Translations under genes and position numbers: made by a program
In this document: one piece after another, positions 54,801 through 63,778 of the stretch
Layout: each line of letters starts with the position of its first letter
Numbering within the stretch: position 1 is the stretch's first letter
DNA from: a virus
Lineage: Duplodnaviria > Caudoviricetes
IMG/VR virus record: IMGVR_UViG_3300032088_000004
Location: 1 to 63,841 of that record
Reading direction: 5' to 3' (one strand)
DNA: 63,841 bases
Notes under the pieces: model-generated
Databases searched by the model: none
Seen by the model: only the letters and a program-made list of their open reading frames with translations
Told to the model about the DNA's origin: nothing

Positions 54801-55382
54801 CGAGATAGTCTGGCCGGACACGATGTTAGTTCTAATATCTGTTGAAGTGCCGGCTACGAAGCCGCCTGGGTCACCGATATTGTCCGTGCCGTCAGCATAA
54901 GAAACAAGATTACCATCTATATTAACTGCGCCGCCTGTTGGGTCGAGATGAATATCTGCAGCTGCGATCACTGTCAGGTCACTCGATTGGATGTTCAGGT
55001 AATTTGAGGTACCTGCAATATTGAATTTATCGGATTGAAGTGCACCTCCTGCCATGGTCATCAGCTCCTGAGCCGGGTTCCAAGTCAGAGTATCGTCGTC
55101 GACCTTGAGAACTTGTGAGTCACCAGATCCTGAAGCGAAAACAAGCTTATAAGATACATTGTCTTCTGCTGCGACGAGGTCGGTGTTAGAGAAGTAGTTC
55201 TGCATTGCTGCAGCTGTTACGCTTTTCGCTTGAGCGGTTGAAGCCGCCTGGACGATAAATTCGTCCGTCGCGACGACTGTTGAGTGGACTGCTGAACCGG
55301 TGATATCGATTGCAATCGTTTTGAGGGCGTTATCTGAAACGAGTTTTTGAATCTGCCCTTGATTAATTTTTGATTTTGCCAT
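51822..55382 (-). CDS. Long G/S/A/T-rich virion fibre protein with internal repeats
   Basis: 1186 aa, beta-rich repeats, C-terminal LQVYLNGMLQ...DY domain; sits between neck and sheath genes. Confidence 0.8.
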   Translation of the reverse strand: MAKSKINQGQIQKLVSDNALKTIAIDITGSAVHSTVVATDEFIVQAASTAQAKSVTAAAMQNYFSNTDLVAAEDNVSYKLVFASGSGDSQVLKVDDDTLTWNPAQELMTMAGGALQSDKFNIAGTSNYLNIQSSDLTVIAAADIHLDPTGGAVNIDGNLVSYADGTDNIGDPGGFVAGTSTDIRTNIVSGQTISMSDSQSQAILFGSSLSAGSGASAPSGITTSTLQSVSLSGFSSDRSGTLPFSGNSGASVSAGTVMSLEDSGGNKFFFVVVEDYTGGSSSTTMKIHALSNISGHSTSVSSISDIKQYSSISGSGGLSGVSASKGSLFSYTDGSSPANNFVFELEAAVSSGNAWGFVADPRDDLSDGSSFTSDSSFASSAINGSETVRNAWKTLYVDDAVFAGAVSGITTIAASSNATIEGIVSGAAGTFDALAGTSLALQSGGITAAGAIAGATTIDASGDLTVGSITNTEFTVDASGNTDIDGTLNVEGVPTFQAGAVFSGGVTTANAIAGATTISGSGQFSMSHIDLDGTLNAGGKVTVVGVSDLDGGVNVNDDFTVDTDGNVVGVAGTLSGLASLDGGVNVNDALTVSTAGAISGSSTLHNNGAVTLGATLATTGSITSGGGIVAGGAISSATSIDGSGDLTMGTITMTNFSVGAGGAVSAEASGTGLAVTHNATVGGNLTVTGDLTINGATTTVETTNLLVEDSLIEIARGNSGSRASNAGAGLYISGSTLGADISLVAAADGGRLKASGSTAGFDIQTGGDYAINNASVLSATTLGSSVVNSSLTSLGTQAEALVMGSQGITGCGSIAGATSIDGNGDLTMGTITMTGFSVDADGDTSVKTLDVNSGGITDAGAIAGATTISGSGQLSLAVGISAANENFTVSSGGAVVAVGINAGGAISGATTIDASGDLTVGSITNTEFTVDSSGNTDIDGTLNVEGVPTFQAGAVFSAGVTTAGAIAGATTVSGSGQFSMSHIDLDGTLTAGGIVSGSSFLDINHGKLRIGGTAVTANASELNLLDASEGSDIALAAADGVLFADASDSGTNHLMKKATMQNIADLLGAGDGLQVNDSTAAISISYQLQHFSGSTGSAGLYASSSGPTNLQRVGSSYSGLYAPLDEEIVVGSLQVYLNGMLQVKSGSIAGTFDYELLTSGSTANKLVKFAEEPEDDDAIIIQYIKK
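52420..54030 (-). repeat. Internal ~245-bp duplication in the fibre gene (about 52420-52665 and 53780-54030)
   Basis: GATTIDASGDLTVGSITNTEFTVD.SGNTDIDGTLNVEGVPTFQAGAVFS...SHIDLDGTL occurs twice; central ~110 bp nearly identical at DNA level. Confidence 0.9.
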
Positions 55383-55481
55383 TATAATTTCTCCTATATA
55401 TAGCTTTATGAATTGCCTCAGTTGGCAATTAACAGTTCTTTTTAAATTATATTAAAAAAACATTATTCAGTAAAATATATC

Positions 55482-55522
55482 AGGTGAAAAAATGCTAGGT
55501 GAAAAAATGCTAGGTGAAAAAA
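55482..55522. repeat. 15-bp tandem repeat AGGTGAAAAAATGCT x2.7
   Basis: Copies at 55482, 55497 and 55512 (partial) in an AT-rich intergenic region. Confidence 0.9.
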
Positions 55523-55573
55523 GGTCTTAAAGAATATAAAACAAACAGGCGTTGTAAATAGTTTTTAGTTTTC

Positions 55574-55786
55574 TCAAGAGAAGAGGATTTTCTTGAGGTT
55601 GCGCACGATGTTGTCAAAACGACAAAAATCGGAATCTAAAAATTCCAACGATATTGAAGGACACTGGTTTTCCGGGTCTTCAAAAGAGAAATGAAACTTT
55701 CCAGTTTCTAGTCTCTTGCATTCTTTAATCTTGAAGCCTTTTAATTGCAAATATGCTGCTATTCCTATGTCACTCGTCCTAAACAT
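55574..55786 (-). CDS. Small DUF5659-like protein
   Basis: FRTSDIGIAAYL..KG...F.F pattern. Confidence 0.65.
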   Translation of the reverse strand: MFRTSDIGIAAYLQLKGFKIKECKRLETGKFHFSFEDPENQCPSISLEFLDSDFCRFDNIVRNLKKILFS

Positions 55787-55879
55787 TTGTCACTCCCATG
55801 TCGCGTATGTTTTTAATTAGAAACCTTACGAATTCCTAACTTCTTATGTAGCTGTGGGGCCTACAAGTATAAGTAGTTT

Positions 55880-56206
55880 CTATGAATCGACTTTGCGAAT
55901 AAAGTAAGCCTTCTCCCCTTCTTGCGTAGGCAGCTTAAACTCGTAAGTCCACTCTGGGTTGACATCGAATTTATGCTGTAAGGCCGTGGCTGTTTCATAC
56001 AGGTTTTTCTCCAGCTCTTCTACGTTTCTGAGTAGAGAACTCTTTCTTTTTTCGTGCTCCAAGAGCATTTGCGACAGGTATTGCTGTGTTTCTAACAGCA
56101 TTTTCCTAATTTCTACTGTTTCTTTCGCATCCTCCCAAGATACCTCTACGACCTCTGCATCGGCAGCTTCATTCTCTTTTTGTTGGTTATCAATTTCTTG
56201 TGACAT
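55880..56206 (-). CDS. Hypothetical coiled-coil protein
   Basis: 108-aa ORF with AAGGAG RBS. Confidence 0.75.
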   Translation of the reverse strand: MSQEIDNQQKENEAADAEVVEVSWEDAKETVEIRKMLLETQQYLSQMLLEHEKRKSSLLRNVEELEKNLYETATALQHKFDVNPEWTYEFKLPTQEGEKAYFIRKVDS

Positions 56207-56270
56207 GGTATGTCTCCTTTCTATAATGTTGATTGATTTATTTATTATAATATAACGTTTTTGTTATTTT

Positions 56271-57095
56271 TTAAAGGTTGTATTTATCTATTTCTTTCGG
56301 ATCAATAATTACTCTTTCTTTGGGAAGCTTGATTTCTACTGCGTTCTCTCGAACTGAAAAGAATGGTTTCTCTCCGTTCTTTCCTTCACCAATTAAATAT
56401 CCAATAACTTTTAAATTTATCTTCGATTCGAACTTGCGCTCTTCATTGTTGTAGTTATCTAGATTGTCTCCGATTTGATATTGACCATCAATGAACCCTT
56501 CGTATCTGTGCTTTGCATGAGTTAACGTTATGGCGCGCACTGTGCCCGGCTTTGTAACAAACGGCAAGATTAGCTCATTCATTTGTTGCTGAAACTCGGT
56601 TCTGATGTTTATCTCATACATCATTTCGACATTCACTGGCATAGGGGCGCTGACTGTCTTATAAACAATCTTTTTGTTGTTTCTAGGGCGGTTTTCATCT
56701 CCGTGCTTCTTTTTTGCATCTGCTGTTGCGAAGTTGGAGGTTTTTTCTTGATTTATGATTCTCATTACAGGAAGAGAACCTCCCTGGTGGTCAGAGTTTG
56801 GTGGCACGTTACCTATAAATATACCGGAACCAGGGGAAGGCTTGGTTATACCCGTCCTCCTTACTGTGATTACTGGAAATATCAAGGCTCCTTGCTGGTC
56901 TCTAGCTTCTTTAGCTTCTTTCGTTAGGAATCCTCTCTCTGCCGTACCCCAAAGTACTGGCACCTCTATTCTTCCCTTATTCGTATCTGCGTAAAGCTTT
57001 AAATCTCTGATGAACCCATACACTGAGCGGTCAATGGTTTCGATAGTCGATGGGTCAAAGTATATTTTGTCGTATTTGTTGTTAATTTCAGACAT
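56271..57095 (-). CDS. Tail terminator/completion protein (gp15-like)
   Basis: VPVLWG..ER, PVITVRR, PMPVNVEMMYEINI...QMNE; position. Confidence 0.72.
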   Translation of the reverse strand: MSEINNKYDKIYFDPSTIETIDRSVYGFIRDLKLYADTNKGRIEVPVLWGTAERGFLTKEAKEARDQQGALIFPVITVRRTGITKPSPGSGIFIGNVPPNSDHQGGSLPVMRIINQEKTSNFATADAKKKHGDENRPRNNKKIVYKTVSAPMPVNVEMMYEINIRTEFQQQMNELILPFVTKPGTVRAITLTHAKHRYEGFIDGQYQIGDNLDNYNNEERKFESKINLKVIGYLIGEGKNGEKPFFSVRENAVEIKLPKERVIIDPKEIDKYNL

Positions 57096-57576
57096 TGAAC
57101 AGCCCTTCTCTTGCTCTTACACACGATGCTGCTATCTCAAAGCTTGACTCTACTTGTCCGAACAGCCATTTTGGCTCCTCAAGAGTCAATATCTCATAGA
57201 AGTGCACCCCATATTGAATAAAGTCCCCCTCTCTAACGAAAAGGTTCTGGTCTTCTGTTAAGCGGCGCTTGTGGAACGCGACGTTTATTCGTTCAATCCT
57301 GTCGACGCCCATCGGGGTTACAGTTGTTGTCTGAGATTCATATTTTACCATTGCATACACTCGAACAGGGTTGTGAAAGTTCTTCTTTACGGCTTCTCCA
57401 TAAAGATCATGGTAATTTGTGTGTTCCAAGCTTATTGGATAGTATACAATTGTCTGCCCAACAACTCTTTCTATAATTTCGTCGTTGACTTGCTTTACTA
57501 GATTCTTTTCCTTCTCTCCAACAAAGAGTGGAGGAGGTGGAGAGTCCGGTTGTGACCATTTGTTATCATCTGACAT
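57088..57576 (-). CDS. Neck / head-closure protein (gp14-like)
   Basis: GQTIVYY, LYGEA..K.F, EGDFI...FYEI. Confidence 0.78.
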   Translation of the reverse strand: MSDDNKWSQPDSPPPPLFVGEKEKNLVKQVNDEIIERVVGQTIVYYPISLEHTNYHDLYGEAVKKNFHNPVRVYAMVKYESQTTTVTPMGVDRIERINVAFHKRRLTEDQNLFVREGDFIQYGVHFYEILTLEEPKWLFGQVESSFEIAASCVRAREGLFNV

Positions 57577-57582
57577 AAAAAG

Positions 57583-58842
57583 TTATCCTACAAAAATGTA
57601 ATTCGGTACTTTATCGAGTACCTTTTCGGTATTATCAAGCATGTTGGCGTCTTGCTCTGCCAACTTAGCATATGTAAGCTCCGCCAAGGTGGTTTTAAGC
57701 TCTTCTCTTAGCTTTTGCTGCTCGTCCTTACCTTCGGAGATTAAAGCGGCGCCATTGAGCGTGACCGACTCTCCTGGTATGGGTACCGTTCCAAACTTTG
57801 AGCGTATTTGTCCGAGGGTCTCCTTGCATAAAGATAAAGCGAATCGGCGAATCCACTGTTTACCTATTGAATTGATACTCTCATAAGGTAAGTTTCCGAT
57901 CGGCAGCGTGTTCATGTTGTTGACACCGTCAGTAGCCTTGTCATCATTCTGCCACACGTCTTGCGGTACAGAAAATTCGACCCACATCTTTGCTTGCATA
58001 GCCGTCTGTGGGATAGGATACAATCTAAGTTTGTTATTTTTCAATTCATATGACCAATGAGACATTCTAGTATAAATGGCGTCTTCAAATGCTTGGGCCT
58101 GTGCTTTGTTGTGCCAGGCAGGAATCAATTGAAACGTTGAGTCATCTGAGAACTGTCCGTAGTTGTGCATATTACCAACAACATTTAACCCACCGTAGTA
58201 GCCAAAGAATCTCCACATTGCGTGGGGCGTCTTGTAATACACTTTCTTTATAAGAACCTTTTTGCCAGCGACAGTACTTGAATGTTCTGTCGAGGTCTCT
58301 ATTATTCGCTGAAGGTCGTAGTCTTGCTCTCCAACAATTACGTTAAACGATGCAGAGAACTGTGTTGAGCCGTTCAGGCCGATTTCCGAGCCAATACCAT
58401 TTGCGACGCGTCGAGTCATGCTATAATCAAATTTGGGATACTTCAGTGCAACATGGCCCCCTTCAAGAGATGAAGATAACGCTCCTGGCAGAATGTTTCC
58501 GTCCGAGTCAAAGGACCCTGTTGTGTTTCCAAGTGCGTCTGACAGTATGTTCGTCGCCTGATGGACATTTATAAGGTAGGAATATTCTAGGACCGATTCT
58601 TCGTAAGCTGCATACACGTTGCCCTCTGTCAGTTCTAAATCCAGAACGTCTCCGCCGAGTTTCTTGTATACATATGATACTTGATCCATTGCTCCAGTTA
58701 GGAATTGCAAAGAATACAAAGGTGAGTCTTCATCTGAGTATATCTTATACGGCGCCGTGCTGTTAACGTTATATGTTGAGCCCGTAGCCGGCAAGACAAT
58801 TGCAAGCAGTGTACTTGCTGGTGTTAATGTAGGTACAGACAT
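57583..58842 (-). CDS. Neck / adaptor protein (gp13-like)
   Basis: KLGGDVLDLEL, WIRRFAL..CKE.LGQIRSKF..VPIPG..VTLNG. Confidence 0.85.
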   Translation of the reverse strand: MSVPTLTPASTLLAIVLPATGSTYNVNSTAPYKIYSDEDSPLYSLQFLTGAMDQVSYVYKKLGGDVLDLELTEGNVYAAYEESVLEYSYLINVHQATNILSDALGNTTGSFDSDGNILPGALSSSLEGGHVALKYPKFDYSMTRRVANGIGSEIGLNGSTQFSASFNVIVGEQDYDLQRIIETSTEHSSTVAGKKVLIKKVYYKTPHAMWRFFGYYGGLNVVGNMHNYGQFSDDSTFQLIPAWHNKAQAQAFEDAIYTRMSHWSYELKNNKLRLYPIPQTAMQAKMWVEFSVPQDVWQNDDKATDGVNNMNTLPIGNLPYESINSIGKQWIRRFALSLCKETLGQIRSKFGTVPIPGESVTLNGAALISEGKDEQQKLREELKTTLAELTYAKLAEQDANMLDNTEKVLDKVPNYIFVG

Positions 58843-58908
58843 TTTTGTCCCTCGCTAAATATAGTTTATCAATATAAATAGTTGTTGAGGCTAGCAATTA
58901 ACCTAGGC

Positions 58909-59298
58909 TTATGATTTTGTTTTCGTAGTGCGGCGCCTGCGTGTTGCAGAAGTAGTTTTCTTTGGCGTGTTAGAAGTAGTCTTTTTGGTTGTAGGAGTTT
59001 TCTTAACTGCCGGAGTCGTTTTAATTATTGTCTCTGGCTTTTCTAGATTGGGCGCTTCAACGTTGGGCTCCTCAAGCTGGGTTTCCTTATCTTCCTTTAT
59101 GAACTTTAGAGCATTAGGGTTTTGCTTTGTTTCTTCCGGTGCTGGTTCAACAGCTTTCGTGGCAATCTCTGTTGGCGCCTCTACTACTGTCTCTACTGTT
59201 TCTGTTATTTGCCCTCGCAGTCTTGCGAATGTGTCTCTAAGTGCCGATGCTTTGTTTGCATATTTTGGGCTTCTTAATTTTCTTGCTTTCTTTCCCAT
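58909..59298 (-). CDS. Hypothetical K/T/E-rich low-complexity protein
   Basis: 129-aa ORF with basic termini. Confidence 0.7.
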   Translation of the reverse strand: MGKKARKLRSPKYANKASALRDTFARLRGQITETVETVVEAPTEIATKAVEPAPEETKQNPNALKFIKEDKETQLEEPNVEAPNLEKPETIIKTTPAVKKTPTTKKTTSNTPKKTTSATRRRRTTKTKS

Positions 59299-59340
59299 GG
59301 GAATATCCTTTCGTGTTATATAATAAATAGGTTGGATATA

Positions 59341-59375
59341 AAAAAACCCCCAACCAGGATTGGAAGGGGGTTTTT
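59341..59375 (-). terminator. Rho-independent terminator
   Basis: AAAAACCCCC...GGGGGTTTTT. Confidence 0.72.
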
Positions 59376-59395
59376 AGAAGATTTGCTAAATCTTA

Positions 59396-59827
59396 TTAAG
59401 CAGCTACTACAGTTGGCTCAAACCCAACCCACTGAACGCCGTCTGCTTTAGCTACAACCAACATGGCGTTTGTAGCTACAGTGATGCCAGCGTTATCGGC
59501 GGCCGGTAAAATCTTATCACCAGATGCAGGATACACTTCCAAAGTGCCTCCCGCATTGTTTTGTATAAGATAAATATGGCCGTCTGCAACATCAGCTAGT
59601 GCTGGAAGAACAACTCCCTTGGTGCCATCGCCGCCAGAGACCAAAACAACTGCACCGCCTAATGCAGCAATAGCTCCGGCGTTTCCCTGGGCGTTGCCGG
59701 CTGCGGCAACGGCCTGAGCGCCGAGAGCAAGGCCCTGAAAACCAGTTCCTGCTCCGAGAGTGATTTCTCTCTTCAAATTCTCCATTAATGACTGGACTCT
59801 CGCCAGCCCTACTCTTTTTGTACCCAT
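59396..59827 (-). CDS. Putative capsid decoration/head fibre protein
   Basis: A/G/V-rich, directly after the capsid gene; start moved to MGTKRV after GGAGG. Confidence 0.65.
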   Translation of the reverse strand: MGTKRVGLARVQSLMENLKREITLGAGTGFQGLALGAQAVAAAGNAQGNAGAIAALGGAVVLVSGGDGTKGVVLPALADVADGHIYLIQNNAGGTLEVYPASGDKILPAADNAGITVATNAMLVVAKADGVQWVGFEPTVVAA

Positions 59828-59911
59828 TTTATAACCCTCCATTGGTTTTACCATTTATAATCATGTCATGAAACTGGGTGTATCATTACAATCACTAATA
59901 ACTAGTGCCAG

Positions 59912-59950
59912 AAAAAACAAAACCCCCGACCAAATTAATGACCGGGGGTT
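59912..59950 (-). terminator. Rho-independent terminator after the capsid gene
   Basis: AACCCCCG...CGGGGGTT followed by a U-tract on the minus strand. Confidence 0.72.
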
Positions 59951-59978
59951 AAGTTTATCTAATCGCTGTTTTCAGCTA

Positions 59979-62015
59979 TTAGGCTGTTGCACCGGACTCA
60001 CCAAGGAGACCACGTACAATAACTAGACCATACATATCTGGTCTAACCATCTTCTTGGCGTAACGGGTCATAACACCCTTACGTGGCACGAAGTCTTCCG
60101 TACCGAAAATGGTTGGCGTGACCTGCAATGGCACGTATGGAGCATAGACATATCCACTTTCGAGGAATGAACTACCCTTACGCCCAACGAGGACAACGTT
60201 TCGGATGAAGTAAGGGTCGACGTAAACGTCAAACTTCTTACTCAAGCTACCAGCCTTAACAGCACCGATGGTGCCTCTGTCCTGGTCAGCAGTTACGCTT
60301 GCGCGGAAACCACTAGTGAATTCCAAGATGTTCGCAACCTCAGGAGAACAAACAACAAAGTTTGCACCGCCGCGGAGCGTCTTTCTGTGGATCTGAGCAC
60401 TAACATCGTTGATAGTCTCAATGAGGGTTTCATACCACTCACTGACAGTACCAGTGAAGTCAGGAGCTGCAGAACTAGCGCCCTGCTCAACACCTTCCGA
60501 GTTAACGAAAAGACCTGGAGCGCGTGACCAGTAACGAGTACCGGCGGTTGCTCCGCGAACAAGCTCACCAAGAAGCTCACGGTCGATTTCCAAAGCAATC
60601 TGCTCTGAAAGAATACCAGTAAGCTCAACCTCTGCGTCGAGGTTGTGATAAGCGTTGAGGTCCTGACCAAGCTCTGGAGACCACTTGGCCTTCAGTTTCT
60701 TAGTCTGTGCAGTAACAGCGATGCTGTCAACCTTGATGTCAATCTCTGCAATCGCATTCTTATTCGAAGTAGACCCAGAGTTTCCAGTTCCTGGCGTAGG
60801 CTCTTCAAGTGCCCATATATCAGCACCAACGATAGAACCTAGGCCTCCGCCTGTGGCAAGCTGGTCTCTTGCGGGACCTTCAAGTCTACAACTCGAAGCT
60901 GCACCATGAACTTCAACTCCCCACTGTGCAGTGCTTACCGCGTCGACAGCGGCGTTGGCGGTGCCAAGAGCTTTAAGTCTCTCAATCTCTGCAACGATGG
61001 CATCCTTGTTTGCATCAGTAAGGGCATCCAATGAAGCCTGTGTGGTGTCGGCATCCGCGTGGCCGTAGAGTGTTGGTAGACCCAAGTCTATTACAACGCT
61101 TGGCTCAATAACCATTCTCTTTAATCCGCTGATGCTCTTAAGACCGTTAACGGACTCTGTTGCAACACTCGTAAGTCTTCGGATGGTGCGAAAAACAACA
61201 GCCTGAAAATCGTGGTCGGTGGCGGCTTGGCCAAAGATTGCGCCGCCGTCTGACTGGAACACTACAGCTTCCATGCCGTCTTTAAGAGCAAACTGCAGTG
61301 TGCCTGTTGCGGCGGCTACGCCCTGGATGGCAAGTACGCGTAGTGACAAAGCCTGTGGAACACCTGGGTCAAGCTGGCGACGAGCGCTAGCCTCGGCAGT
61401 GGACTCGGCAGCTGTGAGGTCGATACCTGCAGCTGCGAACGGGTCGCTGCCAGCAGAAATCAAAACGTGTGCGCCGAGGTCAGGGTCAAAATCCTGGTCC
61501 TTCCCGACGTTAGCAGCAGTAACTGCTTCGTTTGTACTTGCAAGGCTGATTGCGTCCGCGCCTCGTACGATAGCGTTGGACTTGCCTGTGCCGAGGTTAT
61601 AAAAACCTCCGTCCGGAGTAACGCCGTCAACGATTTCGGAAGCAACCTTGCGGCCGCCGTAGAGTGACTCTCCAGAAGTTTCATGAGTGAAGTCCAAGAA
61701 GAAAATCAATCCACTTGGAAGACTCATTGGCTGAACGCTAACGAGATCATTTGCAATCAATCCACCGAATACACGGCGAACGATTGGGAAAGCAACTGCT
61801 GCGAAGCCTTCGACATCGCCAGCTGCCATAGAGGATGCTTCGCGAAGAAGCTCCTTGGCTTGGTTTTCGAGAAGAACTGCCATTCCTTGCTTAGCTTGGC
61901 CTTGAGAAAGGCCCTCTAGCAAGCCGGTAGCTTCCCATTTGTTTAGTAGAGCTGCGCCTTCAGCTTGCATATCGCGATGCTGGACGCCCTCTGTTAGTTT
62001 TTGTAAAACAGACAT
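59979..62015 (-). CDS. Major capsid protein (T4 gp23 family) with a large insertion
   Basis: LLENQ, FPIVRRVF, VSVQPMSLPSGLIFFL, KLKAKWSPELGQDL.AYH, EIDRE, YAPYVPL, GVMTRYA. Confidence 0.96.
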   Translation of the reverse strand: MSVLQKLTEGVQHRDMQAEGAALLNKWEATGLLEGLSQGQAKQGMAVLLENQAKELLREASSMAAGDVEGFAAVAFPIVRRVFGGLIANDLVSVQPMSLPSGLIFFLDFTHETSGESLYGGRKVASEIVDGVTPDGGFYNLGTGKSNAIVRGADAISLASTNEAVTAANVGKDQDFDPDLGAHVLISAGSDPFAAAGIDLTAAESTAEASARRQLDPGVPQALSLRVLAIQGVAAATGTLQFALKDGMEAVVFQSDGGAIFGQAATDHDFQAVVFRTIRRLTSVATESVNGLKSISGLKRMVIEPSVVIDLGLPTLYGHADADTTQASLDALTDANKDAIVAEIERLKALGTANAAVDAVSTAQWGVEVHGAASSCRLEGPARDQLATGGGLGSIVGADIWALEEPTPGTGNSGSTSNKNAIAEIDIKVDSIAVTAQTKKLKAKWSPELGQDLNAYHNLDAEVELTGILSEQIALEIDRELLGELVRGATAGTRYWSRAPGLFVNSEGVEQGASSAAPDFTGTVSEWYETLIETINDVSAQIHRKTLRGGANFVVCSPEVANILEFTSGFRASVTADQDRGTIGAVKAGSLSKKFDVYVDPYFIRNVVLVGRKGSSFLESGYVYAPYVPLQVTPTIFGTEDFVPRKGVMTRYAKKMVRPDMYGLVIVRGLLGESGATA

Positions 62016-62053
62016 TATAAAATCACCTCCTTTTCTATAAATTTAATTTAGAT

Positions 62054-63220
62054 TTATTGTGTCTTTATCCCTGCCAATTTCTGCATTCTATTATACAAAG
62101 GATTGGCTTCCTTGTTTGGTTGCTCATTACGAGCCGCGACAAGTAGCGATGACCTTCTCGATACCACTTCATTTAATGTTGCACTCTTCCTCACGTCTGA
62201 AGTAGTTGTAACAGTTTCATTCATTGTATCAAAGACTATCTTTGCTTCTTGTACTGTTTCGGCTTTGGAAATGGCTTCGACAATTTTTCTTTTTTGTCGC
62301 TCATTCAAGGAGGCATTCTCTAAGGCCTGGTTTATATACAGCAACTTTGCGTTAGAAACATTCATGGTTTCCAGCTTTTCTTGCAAAGTATCAAAAGCTG
62401 TGTCAAATTTCTTGTTCTGATTCTGAAGCTTTGTTGCCGCAGAAATTAAAGTCTTGTTTTCTTTTTGAAGAGCGGCAACGTTCTTTCGAAGTTCCTCGTT
62501 CTCTTCTTTTACTTCACTGTCTTGCTCTCTGGCAAGCAGCATCGATTCGTATTCTCTCATCATAGGTTCAGGTGTTCCTGCCCAACCTGATTTTTGTGGT
62601 TCGAAATCAACTCTAACTCTTTCCATGAGTTCGTCGAGGTCAATCTCTTCTTCATTAATTCCCATCTCGGCGAGAACTTCCTGCATCATATCAGAAGAAA
62701 TGTCAACTCCGATGTTTGAGTCGACGTCAGGAGTGGTATCCATGTCAGGAGTGGTGTCTACGTCAACATCTGCAGCGATATCTTCGTCATCAAAGATATC
62801 GATACCAATCTCGTCGTCGCCAATCTCGTCTCCGCTAGCAAATGGACCTTCATCGTTCTCATCCTCATATTCTGCTTCGAGTGAATCGAGTTTAATGTTG
62901 ATTATCTGGTCATCATCCGACTTAAAAGAGTCGGGCAGTCCGCCCATAAGGGAATCAGGATCTAAAGCAATCTCTTCTGCTCCTGGCTCTTCCTCTGTTA
63001 CAGGCTCTTCCATAGACATATCGTCCATTCCCATGTCCATGTCACCCATGGCGTCGGCGGGCATGCCCATCTCGTCCTCTGGTGCCTCTTCCAAGAGATT
63101 ATTGACGGCAGTTTTAACTTCTTCTGAATATTTTTCAATTACAAGTTGTTCTGCGTTTTTCAACGCGGCTTCTTTGAGCGCTTTTGCGTCGACAATGGCT
63201 CTCTCAAGTAGGTTTGACAT
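62054..63220 (-). CDS. Prohead scaffold/core protein
   Basis: Acidic middle, coiled coil, NAKLLY.N, C-terminal RMQKLAGI; directly upstream of the capsid gene. Confidence 0.85.
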   Translation of the reverse strand: MSNLLERAIVDAKALKEAALKNAEQLVIEKYSEEVKTAVNNLLEEAPEDEMGMPADAMGDMDMGMDDMSMEEPVTEEEPGAEEIALDPDSLMGGLPDSFKSDDDQIINIKLDSLEAEYEDENDEGPFASGDEIGDDEIGIDIFDDEDIAADVDVDTTPDMDTTPDVDSNIGVDISSDMMQEVLAEMGINEEEIDLDELMERVRVDFEPQKSGWAGTPEPMMREYESMLLAREQDSEVKEENEELRKNVAALQKENKTLISAATKLQNQNKKFDTAFDTLQEKLETMNVSNAKLLYINQALENASLNERQKRKIVEAISKAETVQEAKIVFDTMNETVTTTSDVRKSATLNEVVSRRSSLLVAARNEQPNKEANPLYNRMQKLAGIKTQ

Positions 63221-63278
63221 TCTTTTGACTCCTAAAAAATTCTGTTTTTATGCATTGGCAAATAATTTTGCCTCTAAG

Positions 63279-63285
63279 TAAATAG
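63279..63285 (-). promoter_or_regulatory. Putative late-promoter motif CTATTTA (representative copy)
   Basis: Same motif upstream of genes at 4787, 10055, 16572, 51726, 55555, 58875, 59324; variants at 11556, 15085, 46670, 48407, 55814, 55870, 59899. Confidence 0.65.
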
Positions 63286-63326
63286 TTGTGGGCTGTTTAA
63301 AGGGAAGGAAAAAATTTTGAGGTGAT

Positions 63327-63764
63327 TTAGAAGGTGGAACAAGCTGCGTAAAACTGAACTTTGTCGTTAGCACCGTTTGAGCTAATTTTAAATCTAACCT
63401 TGTCAAACCCCAGGATTGGTATAATAGCAAATGCACCATCAGCTGCTAGAGATACAGCGGCGCCGTGAATATCCTTTGTTAAGGCAAACTCACTAAAAGC
63501 ATTGACAGTTCCATTTGCGTTGAACGTGGCCGCGGCGTGGGTAATTCCAAAAACCTCAAGTGAAGGGTCGCCTCCATCTGTATTGTCAAGACCTTTTACA
63601 AAAACATGCAAAAATCTTTGGTTTTCTGTAATGCAATCAACTGCGTCACCGCCATGTACTATTTCTTTCGCAGTACCTAGAGCGTCAGTCCCTGCTCTGT
63701 GTTTGGATAATATGTTCTTTGGGCTGCGGGTTCTACCCCAACTGGTGTGCTTAAATTGTGACAT
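63327..63764 (-). CDS. Hypothetical protein, probably structural
   Basis: 145-aa ORF with AGGAG RBS in the head module. Confidence 0.75.
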   Translation of the reverse strand: MSQFKHTSWGRTRSPKNILSKHRAGTDALGTAKEIVHGGDAVDCITENQRFLHVFVKGLDNTDGGDPSLEVFGITHAAATFNANGTVNAFSEFALTKDIHGAAVSLAADGAFAIIPILGFDKVRFKISSNGANDKVQFYAACSTF

Positions 63765-63778
63765 CTTTTATATAACTC

